64,000 nucleotides of DNA, from positions 2,900 to 66,899 of the IMG/VR virus record IMGVR_UViG_3300015360_000041; one strand, given 5' to 3'. Source of the stretch: a virus. Position 1 is the first letter of the stretch; each line of letters begins with the position of its first letter. Below, one piece after another: positions 1 to 9,500 of the stretch. Under the pieces are notes generated by a model, which saw nothing but the letters and a program-made list of their open reading frames with translations, searched no databases and was not told the DNA's origin. Made by a program: the position numbers and the translations under genes.

Positions 1-236
1 GTCTGATCACTTATTGCATGACAGGCTCTCCAAGTTCTGGACATTCCACGAAAGGCGAATACTCGAGGGAAGTGGAAATGTCAGGGAAATGCAAAGAAGA
101 AAGTCTTTCGAAGTCGACCAATTATTTAGTGACAAACTCTAAGGCGTCGATAACGACAAAAATGCAGAAAGCCGAGAAGAATGGGACTATCATCGTCGAG
201 TACCAAGAATTTTTAGATATAATCACAAAACTATAA
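1..236 (+). CDS. C-terminal BRCT domain, probably of an NAD-dependent DNA ligase (5' truncated by the window edge)
   Basis: MTG...SKSTNYLVTN...TKMQKAEKNGTIIVEY matches the BRCT tail of LigA-type ligases. Confidence 0.6.
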   Translation, partial: LITYCMTGSPSSGHSTKGEYSREVEMSGKCKEESLSKSTNYLVTNSKASITTKMQKAEKNGTIIVEYQEFLDIITKL

Positions 237-245
237 TACACAGAG

Positions 246-452
246 ATGAAAGACAGGGATAAAATTGAGGAGATGGCGCAGAAGCTAGTTATTGCGAACT
301 TGACGGCAACCGACGAGAAAGTCCGTATAAGTGATGTATACGAGAGTACTCGTATAAATGTCGTTAAAGTTTCGGTGAGCGTCGCCATAGACTTCTATAG
401 GGAATTGGACACCCAACTGTGCGTAAAACCAGAGCCGGATAAGACTAAATAA
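246..452 (+). CDS. hypothetical protein
   Basis: 68-aa ORF in a tightly packed co-oriented run. Confidence 0.5.
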   Translation: MKDRDKIEEMAQKLVIANLTATDEKVRISDVYESTRINVVKVSVSVAIDFYRELDTQLCVKPEPDKTK

Positions 453-474
453 ATCACATCAAGTAAAACATATC

Positions 475-798
475 ATGAAGAAGACGAAAGTATACACAAT
501 CACAAAAAATAAAGGCACGCTCCACGAGTATGACATCAAATCGTACAAGAAGAAACAAGATGTCATACACGAGCTGTACTATTCAAAAAACAATATATGG
601 TCGTCTAATGCCAGAGGGAGACTGATATTGTCGGTCACTGACAGTGCCGACGATTTCGACTTGAAATTCGAGTTTGATGACGAGTTTCACAATAAATTAA
701 ATTTAAGCACATTAGAACACGATAGGGCGGCATACATGTTCGTCATACTGAAACACATACAGAAAATTCATAAAATGCACAGGATAAAATTCAAATAA
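475..798 (+). CDS. hypothetical protein
   Basis: 107-aa ORF with A-rich leader, co-oriented. Confidence 0.6.
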   Translation: MKKTKVYTITKNKGTLHEYDIKSYKKKQDVIHELYYSKNNIWSSNARGRLILSVTDSADDFDLKFEFDDEFHNKLNLSTLEHDRAAYMFVILKHIQKIHKMHRIKFK

Positions 799-808
799 AC
801 ATAATCAT

Positions 809-1231
809 ATGGACATAACTAAATTAGAGTATAGACCGGAAGCACATCCGTTGGAATTTGTCGGGTGTATCGTAGAAGACACGGAAGGTACTGAAATCAT
901 CAGCGAGATGATCGGCGGTTTTGACTCGTACATCAAGCAGATTCTGATGGAAGACGACAAATACGTATACCACGCTGTCTACCGGGTCGGTTACGTAGTT
1001 TTCGTATACTTCTACAAGAGGGAGCGTTCGCTGCGTGACATTGTATTGAATTGCAAGGACTACACAATCTGCCGGACACACTATGAGACTGGTGGAGTCG
1101 AACACACCGGTAAGATGAATGGAAACCTGGTGGAATTCACCAGCGAGTATGGGCCTTTGGAAGATACCATGTACAAGGAAGAAATATCTACTGAGTATGC
1201 CAAACAAATGGCAGAAAAACTCGTAAAATGA
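809..1231 (+). CDS. hypothetical protein
   Basis: 140-aa ORF; ATGA overlap with the next gene. Confidence 0.6.
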   Translation: MDITKLEYRPEAHPLEFVGCIVEDTEGTEIISEMIGGFDSYIKQILMEDDKYVYHAVYRVGYVVFVYFYKRERSLRDIVLNCKDYTICRTHYETGGVEHTGKMNGNLVEFTSEYGPLEDTMYKEEISTEYAKQMAEKLVK

Positions 1232-1929
1232 TAAGTACTCAAATGTGCTTATCAAAAATTATGAAGAAAACAATAGCGTTTGTTCCAGTATGGGTATTAT
1301 ATTACATCGGTGACATGACTGCGAAGACTTTCAAGTACTTCGATTCGACACTATTATACATGCTCTACAACTGGTGCGTGTGTAAATCTGGTGACATGCA
1401 GGATTGGTCCGGTCTGACAAGGCCCTGGCTGAAACCGGAGAATCTGGAGATTGAACGCAGGTGGCTAATAAAAAAATTGCCAGTGAATACACAGTTCGAA
1501 GAGCTGTTGCACATCAAACAATATTACACAAAAGACGGCAGATTTAGAAAATCTTTTGACGGTGCAGAAATTACGTGCTATCATACAGTCAAGAAGTATA
1601 TATCTTTCGGAGTTAATGAGGAGATTGAACACAAGATAACACAAGAACAATTTGAAAAAGCTATAATCGGCGATACTTTGCACAACGGCAGCACGACAAA
1701 ATGCATGTTCAAACACCGTTACAAAATAAAGATTGACGGATTGGTCTATGAATTCGACGGGCTGCTTTTCGATGAATTACATTCGACGCCATCTATGTGG
1801 ATTCTCGAGATTGAATTGAAAGACATAAACCAGAGAATAGATATGCCAGAATTTGTGAAGAGTTTGATAGTGAAAGAGATAACCGGCGATAAGAGTTATT
1901 CTAATTACTCTATGTCAGTTAATGTTTAA
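1228..1929 (+). CDS. CYTH-like (triphosphate tunnel) domain protein with N-terminal extension
   Basis: EIERRWL, KHRYKI, YEFD, ILEIE, EITGDKSYSN motifs. Confidence 0.75.
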   Translation: MISTQMCLSKIMKKTIAFVPVWVLYYIGDMTAKTFKYFDSTLLYMLYNWCVCKSGDMQDWSGLTRPWLKPENLEIERRWLIKKLPVNTQFEELLHIKQYYTKDGRFRKSFDGAEITCYHTVKKYISFGVNEEIEHKITQEQFEKAIIGDTLHNGSTTKCMFKHRYKIKIDGLVYEFDGLLFDELHSTPSMWILEIELKDINQRIDMPEFVKSLIVKEITGDKSYSNYSMSVNV

Positions 1930-1998
1930 AACAAGATTATGATTTAAAATAATTATAAAAAAGCTGCATAGGAATAAATTTCTATAAAACTTGTAACT

Positions 1999-2532
1999 AT
2001 GACGAAATTAGATGAATTTGACATTGGTTGTGGTATAATATCAGAGTTCTGTAAGAACAATGGAATCAAGGTTCCGGAAATTATAATATCTGACGAGATA
2101 GAGCACATCGGATATTACAGGTTCGATAGACCTGACGCAATATACGTGAATGTGAAGAGATGTAACAGAACGAGCAAAAATGACCACCCGATGATGATTT
2201 ACGAGACGAACGTGATAGGCACAATGTTACACGAGTTCGGGCACTACGTGCATTTCAGTCTTTTCCCGTGGTTGACAAAGAAATTCGGCGCGATAAAGAA
2301 CGAGCCATTCATAAAATTCTGGGAACGCAGTGTCGATGAGGACATCGCCGAGAACATAAGGCTGTTCGTCTTGAACCCGCCGATGTTGGCCAGAGGCCGC
2401 AAGAAGCGCTTCGAGATTCTGTCAAAACACATGTTACACGGAGTCGGGCGCAATACCCTGGCGGTGTACGATTTGTACGACAAAAAGAATGAAAAAATAG
2501 ACATAGACAAGTGGGAATTGTTTTTGGTTTAA
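1999..2532 (+). CDS. putative zincin metallopeptidase
   Basis: HEFGH (HExxH) plus downstream EDIAE. Confidence 0.6.
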   Translation: MTKLDEFDIGCGIISEFCKNNGIKVPEIIISDEIEHIGYYRFDRPDAIYVNVKRCNRTSKNDHPMMIYETNVIGTMLHEFGHYVHFSLFPWLTKKFGAIKNEPFIKFWERSVDEDIAENIRLFVLNPPMLARGRKKRFEILSKHMLHGVGRNTLAVYDLYDKKNEKIDIDKWELFLV

Positions 2533-2542
2533 TATATAAGTT

Positions 2543-3439
2543 ATGGAATTTTACAAGAAACAACTATATAACGCGAATAAAGACCTAATATTCCTCATGA
2601 AACCGACATTTCTGATGAGAATCAACGAGAATGACACCACATTGGTGCCCAGGTTCTCTCTGAAGAACTCTGACGTCTTCGACGACTTTCCGGCAAACAC
2701 TCACGTGAAGTTCTCACAAGAGCTGATTGAGAAGGCCATACAATGGGGTATGATTATACAAATCGACTACAAGGGAGACGATGACGGACAGATGCAGGGA
2801 CACGAGAGAACGATATACCCGATGGTGATAGGAAAATCTAAGGATGACAAGTTCTTGATTAGAGGTTACCACCTTAACGGATGGTCTGTCAGCAATGGCG
2901 GAAACGTCGAGAAGGAATGGAGATTATTCAGAGCTGACAGGATTCTCAGTATGACTTTCACCGGTGCATTCTTTAGACTTGCCCCGGCAGGATACAACGA
3001 GACCGGAGATAAGGCGATGGCGAAGATAATTGCGCAAGCCGACTTCAACAAGATACGCAACAACCAACAGACGTTGTTACAGAAGAACCAGATCGACACT
3101 GTAGACCGGGTCATATTGAACAAGATTAAGGAGGTGGAAGTGAAAAATCTTAACTACAACCTGAAACTTATGAATCCGTGGGCCGGAAGCGTCATACCCA
3201 AGAAGGACTCTAAGAACATACGTATAACGTTCGCCAAGCCTGTAATAGGAAACGGACAGTGGGTAGCCCTGATAGGCACAAGCATAGAACCTAACAACAT
3301 ATTCAAACTGAAGGAAGACAACAGCATCATAGCGTCTTACAAGAGTGTGAAGTGGATAATGGCAGACGAACTGGACAAGTTGAACACGCTCGAACAGCAG
3401 GTGGAGTTCAAGACATACATGTTTTTAAAAGGTAAATAA
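2543..3439 (+). CDS. WYL-domain protein (no HTH)
   Basis: IQIDY...ERTIYP...WRLFRADRI pattern; AATATATAA motif just upstream. Confidence 0.65.
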   Translation: MEFYKKQLYNANKDLIFLMKPTFLMRINENDTTLVPRFSLKNSDVFDDFPANTHVKFSQELIEKAIQWGMIIQIDYKGDDDGQMQGHERTIYPMVIGKSKDDKFLIRGYHLNGWSVSNGGNVEKEWRLFRADRILSMTFTGAFFRLAPAGYNETGDKAMAKIIAQADFNKIRNNQQTLLQKNQIDTVDRVILNKIKEVEVKNLNYNLKLMNPWAGSVIPKKDSKNIRITFAKPVIGNGQWVALIGTSIEPNNIFKLKEDNSIIASYKSVKWIMADELDKLNTLEQQVEFKTYMFLKGK

Positions 3440-3441
3440 CA

Positions 3442-3807
3442 ATGATTGAAGAAAGTAATAAAGTATTGAATGTGTTGTTTTACAAGGACAACGATTCTAA
3501 GTGGTACGCAGACGTGCCAGAATGGACAGGCGAGAAGTGGGAGCTCGAGATGGTCTGTGGTGCAGACACGATGCTCGAAATAGTGTCTCAAGGGGAAGAC
3601 AAAGTACGTCTGACACTGAGCACAGCGATTTTTGATGACCATAATTTCACGCTCGATAAGATTAAAGACACCCCAGACATCGGCGGTGCACTTTACAAGA
3701 TGAATGAATACAATGGCATACCTTTTGACATCGAAGTCTGGCTTTGTCATGTGACTGGTTTCGTGTTCGGGCATCTTCCTGAAATAATATATATATCGCA
3801 TGATTAG
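3442..3807 (+). CDS. hypothetical protein (DUF6717-like)
   Basis: WYAD.PEW...LEMV.GAD.ML...WLC.VT.FVFG..PE.IY pattern. Confidence 0.55.
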   Translation: MIEESNKVLNVLFYKDNDSKWYADVPEWTGEKWELEMVCGADTMLEIVSQGEDKVRLTLSTAIFDDHNFTLDKIKDTPDIGGALYKMNEYNGIPFDIEVWLCHVTGFVFGHLPEIIYISHD

Positions 3808-3911
3808 AGTTATAAAACTGCTGTTCTGGACCATGTGCCTGGACGAAGTAGAATCCCACATGATTTAAAATAATTATGCCATATGCCAAAATTATTTTTA
3901 GATTTGCGTAT

Positions 3912-4280
3912 TTATCTAAACAGTACATTAACATCTGCGATTCCCAATGAAATAGCTACTACGCCGACGTCTTGCGTCTTGCCAGGCAATATGTAAACGT
4001 TAATGTTATAGTCACCCACATTCAGTTCGGGTATAAACCGTGCGAACTGGTCCGCGATGTTTGCCTGTATCGTAGAAGCTGGAAATTTTGTCTTCCACAA
4101 ATACTTTGGGATGTCCGCACCGAAGTCTGGTGAGCCCATAACGTCGCCCTTATTGGTCATCAGTATCATGTATATCTTGGCCACGACAGCGTCGATGTAC
4201 GTCACGTTCTCTACCCTGAAATCATCAAAGTTTGGGTCGAATTTCCCTTTTATGTAAATGTCTGATATGTCTTGTGCCAT
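3912..4280 (-). CDS. gp25-like baseplate wedge / sheath initiator
   Basis: ILMTNKGDVMGSPDFGADI..YLW gp25/GPW signature. Confidence 0.75.
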   Translation of the reverse strand: MAQDISDIYIKGKFDPNFDDFRVENVTYIDAVVAKIYMILMTNKGDVMGSPDFGADIPKYLWKTKFPASTIQANIADQFARFIPELNVGDYNINVYILPGKTQDVGVVAISLGIADVNVLFR

Positions 4281-4340
4281 AGTTTTATTTTTCTATTATT
4301 GTGTGATAGTTAAAAAACTTATTTCCTTATTAAAGAAAAA

Positions 4341-5096
4341 TCATCTTGTTTTGTTGAAGAAGAATCCGCCCCTGGTGATATTTTTTATATAGTCTTTGAC
4401 TTCCTGCACCATCTTGTCGCCACGGTCGTATATCCTGTCAGTACTGATTTTTGTATTGCCTGCGAGTTGCATGTCAGTGAAAGACAGGTGTGTCGCGTAA
4501 TCCATCATGGCCATGCCTGTAACGTACTTCAGGAAATAAGGGTCTCCGAATAGATACTCTTCAGGTATGTTTGCCCACACTTCCAGAATCAGGTTCCTGC
4601 GGAGACTCGTCTGCACTTCGAAACGCTTGCTGTTCGGGTCGAAACTGAATTTTACAGTGTTCTTGTTGAACGTTGCCAGGGCGTCCTGCATGTTCTGCAT
4701 CACCGCCATAGATTCGGCGAACTCTCCGACGTTTATCGCAGCAATGTAGGGCTGCGAAGTTTGACCAAAGCTCACACCGCCTTTAGGCAGTAGGTAACCG
4801 AGATTGTGCATGTCTCTGTAATTGACCATGTAAATCCATCGCACTGCCTCTATCTCGTCCGGTAGTGTCAGGAATTTTATGTCAGTAGATTTGTTCTTCC
4901 ACATTGAAAGCAAATCTATATAGTAATAAGTCTTCTGGTTTGCCCATTTGTACTCGCGGTAGAAATATCTCAGTGCGTCGTATTTTATGATACGCTCTAC
5001 GTTCTCACTGCCGAGAGTGTATGGTAACCTACAGCTAAGCGTAACGTTCTGTCTCACAACGTCTAATATCTCGTCTAAATTTAATCTCTTTTCCAT
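4341..5096 (-). CDS. putative neck / head-completion protein (T4 gp13-like)
   Basis: Size, structural context and C-terminal YFLKYV...QLAGNTKI...IYDRG resemble gp13-like proteins. Confidence 0.5.
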   Translation of the reverse strand: MEKRLNLDEILDVVRQNVTLSCRLPYTLGSENVERIIKYDALRYFYREYKWANQKTYYYIDLLSMWKNKSTDIKFLTLPDEIEAVRWIYMVNYRDMHNLGYLLPKGGVSFGQTSQPYIAAINVGEFAESMAVMQNMQDALATFNKNTVKFSFDPNSKRFEVQTSLRRNLILEVWANIPEEYLFGDPYFLKYVTGMAMMDYATHLSFTDMQLAGNTKISTDRIYDRGDKMVQEVKDYIKNITRGGFFFNKTR

Positions 5097-5120
5097 CGTT
5101 ATTTTTTGTGGTGGTTTTTC

Positions 5121-6461
5121 TTATTTCTTCAATCCCTTTATGAGCTTGTCGTTTGGTGATATTGCCCAGAATGTGTCCTTGTTTGCCATCTTGACAGTCA
5201 TGTCTATATGTGCGTTGGGACCAATCTCGCCAGAACGAAATACGCCGTCTTTCATGATGCAATCTATCAAACCGCCATCGAACATGCACTTTGTCAATTC
5301 TGCCCAGTCTTTGGCATCACAATTTGATAATCTGCACGCTTCCAATTTACTGTCGAATATTTTTGAATTGTATATGTGACCGCCGTTTATTTCTGTATCT
5401 ACGATATGACAGTCATATAGAGTACATTCCTTAATCCGACAGTTGACAAAATCAACACTTTTTAGATAATGTATGTTACTTATTAATGCGTCCACGACTT
5501 CCACCCTGTTAGTTGTTGAATTGTAATTTATAGTGGCATTCTTTATGCTGTCACATGACTTTATTATGTCGAACAGTTTGTTCTTTACCTTATCCCAAGA
5601 CGCTATAACTGCGTCATATTCCGGCACCTGGTCAATCTCTATGTTTATGCCGTCTATGTTCGCTAGGAAGTCGTCGTAAGTCTTGTACTGTTTAAACCAG
5701 TTGATGTTGTCCTCGAGATAGCTGAGCAGTTTTATATTGTCCTCGGGCAGTAACTCTTCTGTTATTGCTTTCCTTGTCTGCATTATGAAATAGTCCATAA
5801 GCGTTAATATGTCATCCGTTTTATTCTCGTAATCTGCTCCACCGATGTACCTGAATTCCAAATAGTTCATCCACATCTTCTGTATGTTTATACCGTAGTA
5901 TTTAGTATCATCTGGAATCTGTACACACTGTATAATGGAATTCAATGCGACCTCTGAGTCTTCCCAGTCTTCGAAAGGTACCACCCATTTGACTGAACGC
6001 GCGTATATATTGTTCCGACGTGATGGAAACTTATCGTATACAAAGTCTTCGTTGAAATTTAATATCAGTTTTATCGGATTCATCTGCTTGACATGCATGT
6101 CTGTGAACGATATGTTGATGTGCACAGAACAGTAATCGTTAGTGTAACCGTATTTCTTTATGAAGTTGAGTGCCTTGATCAATATGATTCTAGCATCGAC
6201 CCAGTTGATTGGCCCTGTTATGAGCTCAATCATCTCAGAACCTCCAGAGTAATCTGGTTCTATCTTGAACTTCTTATCAGTCACTGTGAAGTCAGAATGG
6301 TACTGGTTGAAACCCCATACTTCAATCGGCGAGAACTCTAAATTGATAAGTTCCATTGTCTTGATGTAAGAATGGTTCGAGAAGAATTCGAATTCGAAAC
6401 CCAACACTGCTGTCTGCAGGTCTTTCCAGTTATTTATAAATCTGTTATTGAACGTGTTCAT
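5121..6461 (-). CDS. amidoligase (COOH-NH2 ligase) family protein with C-terminal beta-helix-like repeats
   Basis: GFEFEF, D.S..ELITGP, CSVHINIS, KYYGIN, YLEFR motifs. Confidence 0.75.
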   Translation of the reverse strand: MNTFNNRFINNWKDLQTAVLGFEFEFFSNHSYIKTMELINLEFSPIEVWGFNQYHSDFTVTDKKFKIEPDYSGGSEMIELITGPINWVDARIILIKALNFIKKYGYTNDYCSVHINISFTDMHVKQMNPIKLILNFNEDFVYDKFPSRRNNIYARSVKWVVPFEDWEDSEVALNSIIQCVQIPDDTKYYGINIQKMWMNYLEFRYIGGADYENKTDDILTLMDYFIMQTRKAITEELLPEDNIKLLSYLEDNINWFKQYKTYDDFLANIDGINIEIDQVPEYDAVIASWDKVKNKLFDIIKSCDSIKNATINYNSTTNRVEVVDALISNIHYLKSVDFVNCRIKECTLYDCHIVDTEINGGHIYNSKIFDSKLEACRLSNCDAKDWAELTKCMFDGGLIDCIMKDGVFRSGEIGPNAHIDMTVKMANKDTFWAISPNDKLIKGLKK

Positions 6462-7050
6462 GTTTGTTGTTTTTGTCGTATAATTTTATGTATCTGATAT
6501 TGGTCGTGTCGTACAGTACCATCAGTTTCTTGCCAGTCTCCATGACGCCGCTGTATTTGTTGGCTCTCATGTAAGGCACTACAGCCTTGGTACCTATCCT
6601 GTCTGTTATCCCAAAAGTGTTTATGTAAGATGAAACATCGAGATAGCGCTCAATAGGCTTGCCTGCACCGAGGTACAGGTATCTACCGTTCTCAGAAGCG
6701 TTGTTCTGTGCCGCAAGTCCTATGATATTTCCAGGAATGACGCTGACGTTGTTTATGTTTACAGGCGCCGATTGTGTGTTTATATTGACCGCTGATGTAG
6801 CCGTTATCTTGGACATGTGATCTGTGAGCAGTTCTTGGAAATTTTTTACGAAGAGTATGCCATCCAGATTCTTGAAATGCACTCTGGTCACTATGTTTTT
6901 CTCGTCAAAATTCACGTTAGGCCGGCCAGACATATACAGACAGAACCCGTATTCACTGGCTGTATTGTAATAGTCGTATGACAATCCTTTTTTTAGGATG
7001 TTTTCCAATTCATAACTGTTTGTTCTGTAGTAATAATCCAGGTTGCCCAT
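6445..7050 (-). CDS. hypothetical protein, possible divergent ADP-ribosyltransferase fold
   Basis: YYYRT...YGFCLYMS...KYSGV...LMVLYD loosely resembles the ART-PolyVal layout; late-type promoter upstream. Confidence 0.35.
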   Translation of the reverse strand: MGNLDYYYRTNSYELENILKKGLSYDYYNTASEYGFCLYMSGRPNVNFDEKNIVTRVHFKNLDGILFVKNFQELLTDHMSKITATSAVNINTQSAPVNINNVSVIPGNIIGLAAQNNASENGRYLYLGAGKPIERYLDVSSYINTFGITDRIGTKAVVPYMRANKYSGVMETGKKLMVLYDTTNIRYIKLYDKNNKHEHVQ

Positions 7051-7063
7051 AAATTTATATATT

Positions 7064-7093
7064 AAAAAAAGGTCTCGAATAATCGAGACCTTT
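7064..7093 (-). terminator. intrinsic terminator
   Basis: AAAGGTCTCGA-ATAA-TCGAGACCTTT hairpin with a U-tract on the minus strand. Confidence 0.8.
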
Positions 7094-7191
7094 CATTAAT
7101 TTGATACGTAAATACATTATTTTTTGTCAATTACTTGGCCCTGACGGCCATAATCTGTTTTTTGACAGTTGCACATATGATGATTTGTTCG

Positions 7192-7440
7192 TCATTTTTT
7201 AGACATGTCGTTCAACATACCTATCTTGTCTCTTATGCTGTCCTGCAAACATTCTGACAGTACAGTACTCTCAAACTGTATGTTGTCTAGGTTTAGTTTT
7301 CGGTACACCTTGTTGTAGACAAATTTGTAATTATCCTCGTCGGCATTCAGGAAAGTCAATAAATCTTCCGGGTTGATACCTTCCAAGATGTATGAGTCTA
7401 GAATATCGTTGATGATAAAGTATATTTTATTCAAGTTCAT
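7192..7440 (-). CDS. hypothetical protein
   Basis: 82-aa ORF in the minus-strand operon. Confidence 0.55.
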   Translation of the reverse strand: MNLNKIYFIINDILDSYILEGINPEDLLTFLNADEDNYKFVYNKVYRKLNLDNIQFESTVLSECLQDSIRDKIGMLNDMSKK

Positions 7441-7453
7441 GATATATGTATAT

Positions 7454-7744
7454 TTATTTTGTCATATATTCTTTGTAGTATTCTTCTTCTTTTTCACTAT
7501 ACTGAATATCGTCAGTGTATACCGTATCTACGACGTATTCTTGCACCTGTTCTTGTTCTGTAGCTGGCATGGATTTAGTGAATACTAGATACATGCAGTA
7601 TGAAAATAATATGAATAAAAGTATGCCCCAATGTTTTTTTAGAATTACTTTGAGTTTTGTCAATACATTGTCGGCAACATCCAATTTCTTTGATATATCG
7701 TTTGTGTCCGAACAGTTTGTAGACTTTACATCATTCGCATCCAT
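7454..7744 (-). CDS. small membrane protein
   Basis: Single hydrophobic segment WGILLFILFSYCMYLVF. Confidence 0.55.
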   Translation of the reverse strand: MDANDVKSTNCSDTNDISKKLDVADNVLTKLKVILKKHWGILLFILFSYCMYLVFTKSMPATEQEQVQEYVVDTVYTDDIQYSEKEEEYYKEYMTK

Positions 7745-7746
7745 TT

Positions 7747-8097
7747 TTACTTGTTGAAGTACATACGTAATCTTGTGGCAACCATAGCCTTGTAGTAGTC
7801 TTTCATGTTTGCAGTTTTGTCTTCGTATGCTGTAATGATGTCATTGTACGTCGATTGTGCAATTTCTTCGTCATCAGCGCCTTCTAAGAAGTTCTCCTGT
7901 ACGCCGGATTGAACTTCTTCAATATTGCCGATTTCATAACTTACCATATTTGTTATAGTATCGATTTCTTTGTCAACTAATTCCCCGGCATCACTTTCAG
8001 ACATTGCTATTACATTACCTTCAATGAGGACTGTCGCTGTGTATTTGTATTTCTTAGTTTCGTTATTCTCTTTTATGAGAGATGTTAGGTTTTTCAT
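7747..8097 (-). CDS. hypothetical acidic protein (possible internal virion protein)
   Basis: N-terminus MKNLTSLIKEN; late operon context. Confidence 0.5.
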   Translation of the reverse strand: MKNLTSLIKENNETKKYKYTATVLIEGNVIAMSESDAGELVDKEIDTITNMVSYEIGNIEEVQSGVQENFLEGADDEEIAQSTYNDIITAYEDKTANMKDYYKAMVATRLRMYFNK

Positions 8098-8102
8098 ATT
8101 AT

Positions 8103-8582
8103 TTATTTTGCTATTTTATTTATTATATTTGTTACTACACCCTCTAGTTCACCGCCTACTGCAATACTGTAATCGTTGCTGCCGTCTTCTGTGAAGAGAG
8201 TTATGCTTTCTATCGTCATGTGTGACTCAGACTCGAATTCCGGTGGGGTGTCATAGTCGCCAGGGTTATCGTGTGTGGTCTTGCCGTAGCCTGTCACGTG
8301 TACCATTATGCTGTCCTGCCCGTTTATGCTGTGCAATGTTATCTCTGTGTCGAGTGTGTCGTCTTCCGATTGTAGTTCAGACGTGTATACGGACCCTTCG
8401 ATTTGCCAATCGCCAGCGTTAACCATTTTAACATGTTTTGTATCTATCTCTTTGACTCCGTTAGTATTCAGGTACTCAAGGATGTACTTGCAGTACGCTA
8501 GTACATCGGCATAATGGTTCGCATTATCTGACTTGAATTCCTCGAAAGTCTTGAGAGTTATTAAGCGATTTTTCTTTTCCAT
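8103..8582 (-). CDS. hypothetical acidic protein (possible internal virion protein)
   Basis: Probable start MEKKNRLITLKTFEEF overlapping the upstream gene end. Confidence 0.5.
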   Translation of the reverse strand: MEKKNRLITLKTFEEFKSDNANHYADVLAYCKYILEYLNTNGVKEIDTKHVKMVNAGDWQIEGSVYTSELQSEDDTLDTEITLHSINGQDSIMVHVTGYGKTTHDNPGDYDTPPEFESESHMTIESITLFTEDGSNDYSIAVGGELEGVVTNIINKIAK

Positions 8583-9166
8583 TTCAGTGTATTGCTTATA
8601 TTTTTTGCATTGCATTCGGAGAGTATGTTATAAACGACATCCTTGTTTTTCTCGTTCAACTTGTCTAATGAGTTTATGAAGAATATGCCATTCTCGTATA
8701 TCGCCTTGAATCCGTCTTTCTTAATCTGTGTATTGAGTGATTCTGCCAACATCGATATTTTGCTAGAGTCTGGAACAAACATCGCACACTCGAAAGGTAG
8801 GTCATTTTTCTCCATGTCCATTGTGTAAGAGTAACCTGTTTCTGGAAAATCTGAGTCAGGTAACGATTCGATGTACTGTGTTATTTCACCCAAGTGTGCC
8901 TGTACGAAAGCCACAGAAATATCTTCTGGAACATGTGCCGGGTCTATAAATATCGTCGATATGACGTCTATAGTCTGGCCCTTAGTCAATTCTAGAGATT
9001 TGGCATACTCGCCAATCTTTATGATGTTGTTTAAGGTGTCTACATCCGCGTGCGGTACATTTATAGGGTCTGCCTGCTTTCCCGGAATACTGACAGGTAA
9101 TCCGTTTTCATTAACTGTATTATTCTTGGAATTTTGTTTCTTCCACTCGTTTATCGATGTAATCAT
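8561..9166 (-). CDS. hypothetical protein (possible internal virion protein)
   Basis: N-terminus MITSINEWKK; AATATATAA motif upstream on the minus strand. Confidence 0.55.
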   Translation of the reverse strand: MITSINEWKKQNSKNNTVNENGLPVSIPGKQADPINVPHADVDTLNNIIKIGEYAKSLELTKGQTIDVISTIFIDPAHVPEDISVAFVQAHLGEITQYIESLPDSDFPETGYSYTMDMEKNDLPFECAMFVPDSSKISMLAESLNTQIKKDGFKAIYENGIFFINSLDKLNEKNKDVVYNILSECNAKNISNTLKWKRKIA

Positions 9167-9216
9167 ACGGATACTTAATAAGGTTAATATTTATATATTA
9201 TATATTTAATTTTTAA

Positions 9217-9498
9217 CTATATTTTTATACTTTTAGTGCGAATAATGTTGTTTAAGCCGCTTATTGTGCGTACTGGATACCTTATATCGGTATTGTAGTC
9301 CAATAACGACCATTCATGGTCGCCGTTGTTAAACAATAACCATTTGTGACCAACAATGCCCTGGTCAATACATGCGCCTAACTTGTCATTAATCCATAAC
9401 TCTTTAATACTTGCATTATTTGATGGACGCCAGCCGGCATTTTTTAGCTGGTCGATTGCTTGGTGTATTCCACCTTTCTTCAATTTACTTGTCGTCAT
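9217..9498 (-). CDS. hypothetical protein
   Basis: 93-aa ORF directly downstream of nrdB. Confidence 0.5.
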   Translation of the reverse strand: MTTSKLKKGGIHQAIDQLKNAGWRPSNNASIKELWINDKLGACIDQGIVGHKWLLFNNGDHEWSLLDYNTDIRYPVRTISGLNNIIRTKSIKI

Positions 9499-9500
9499 AT

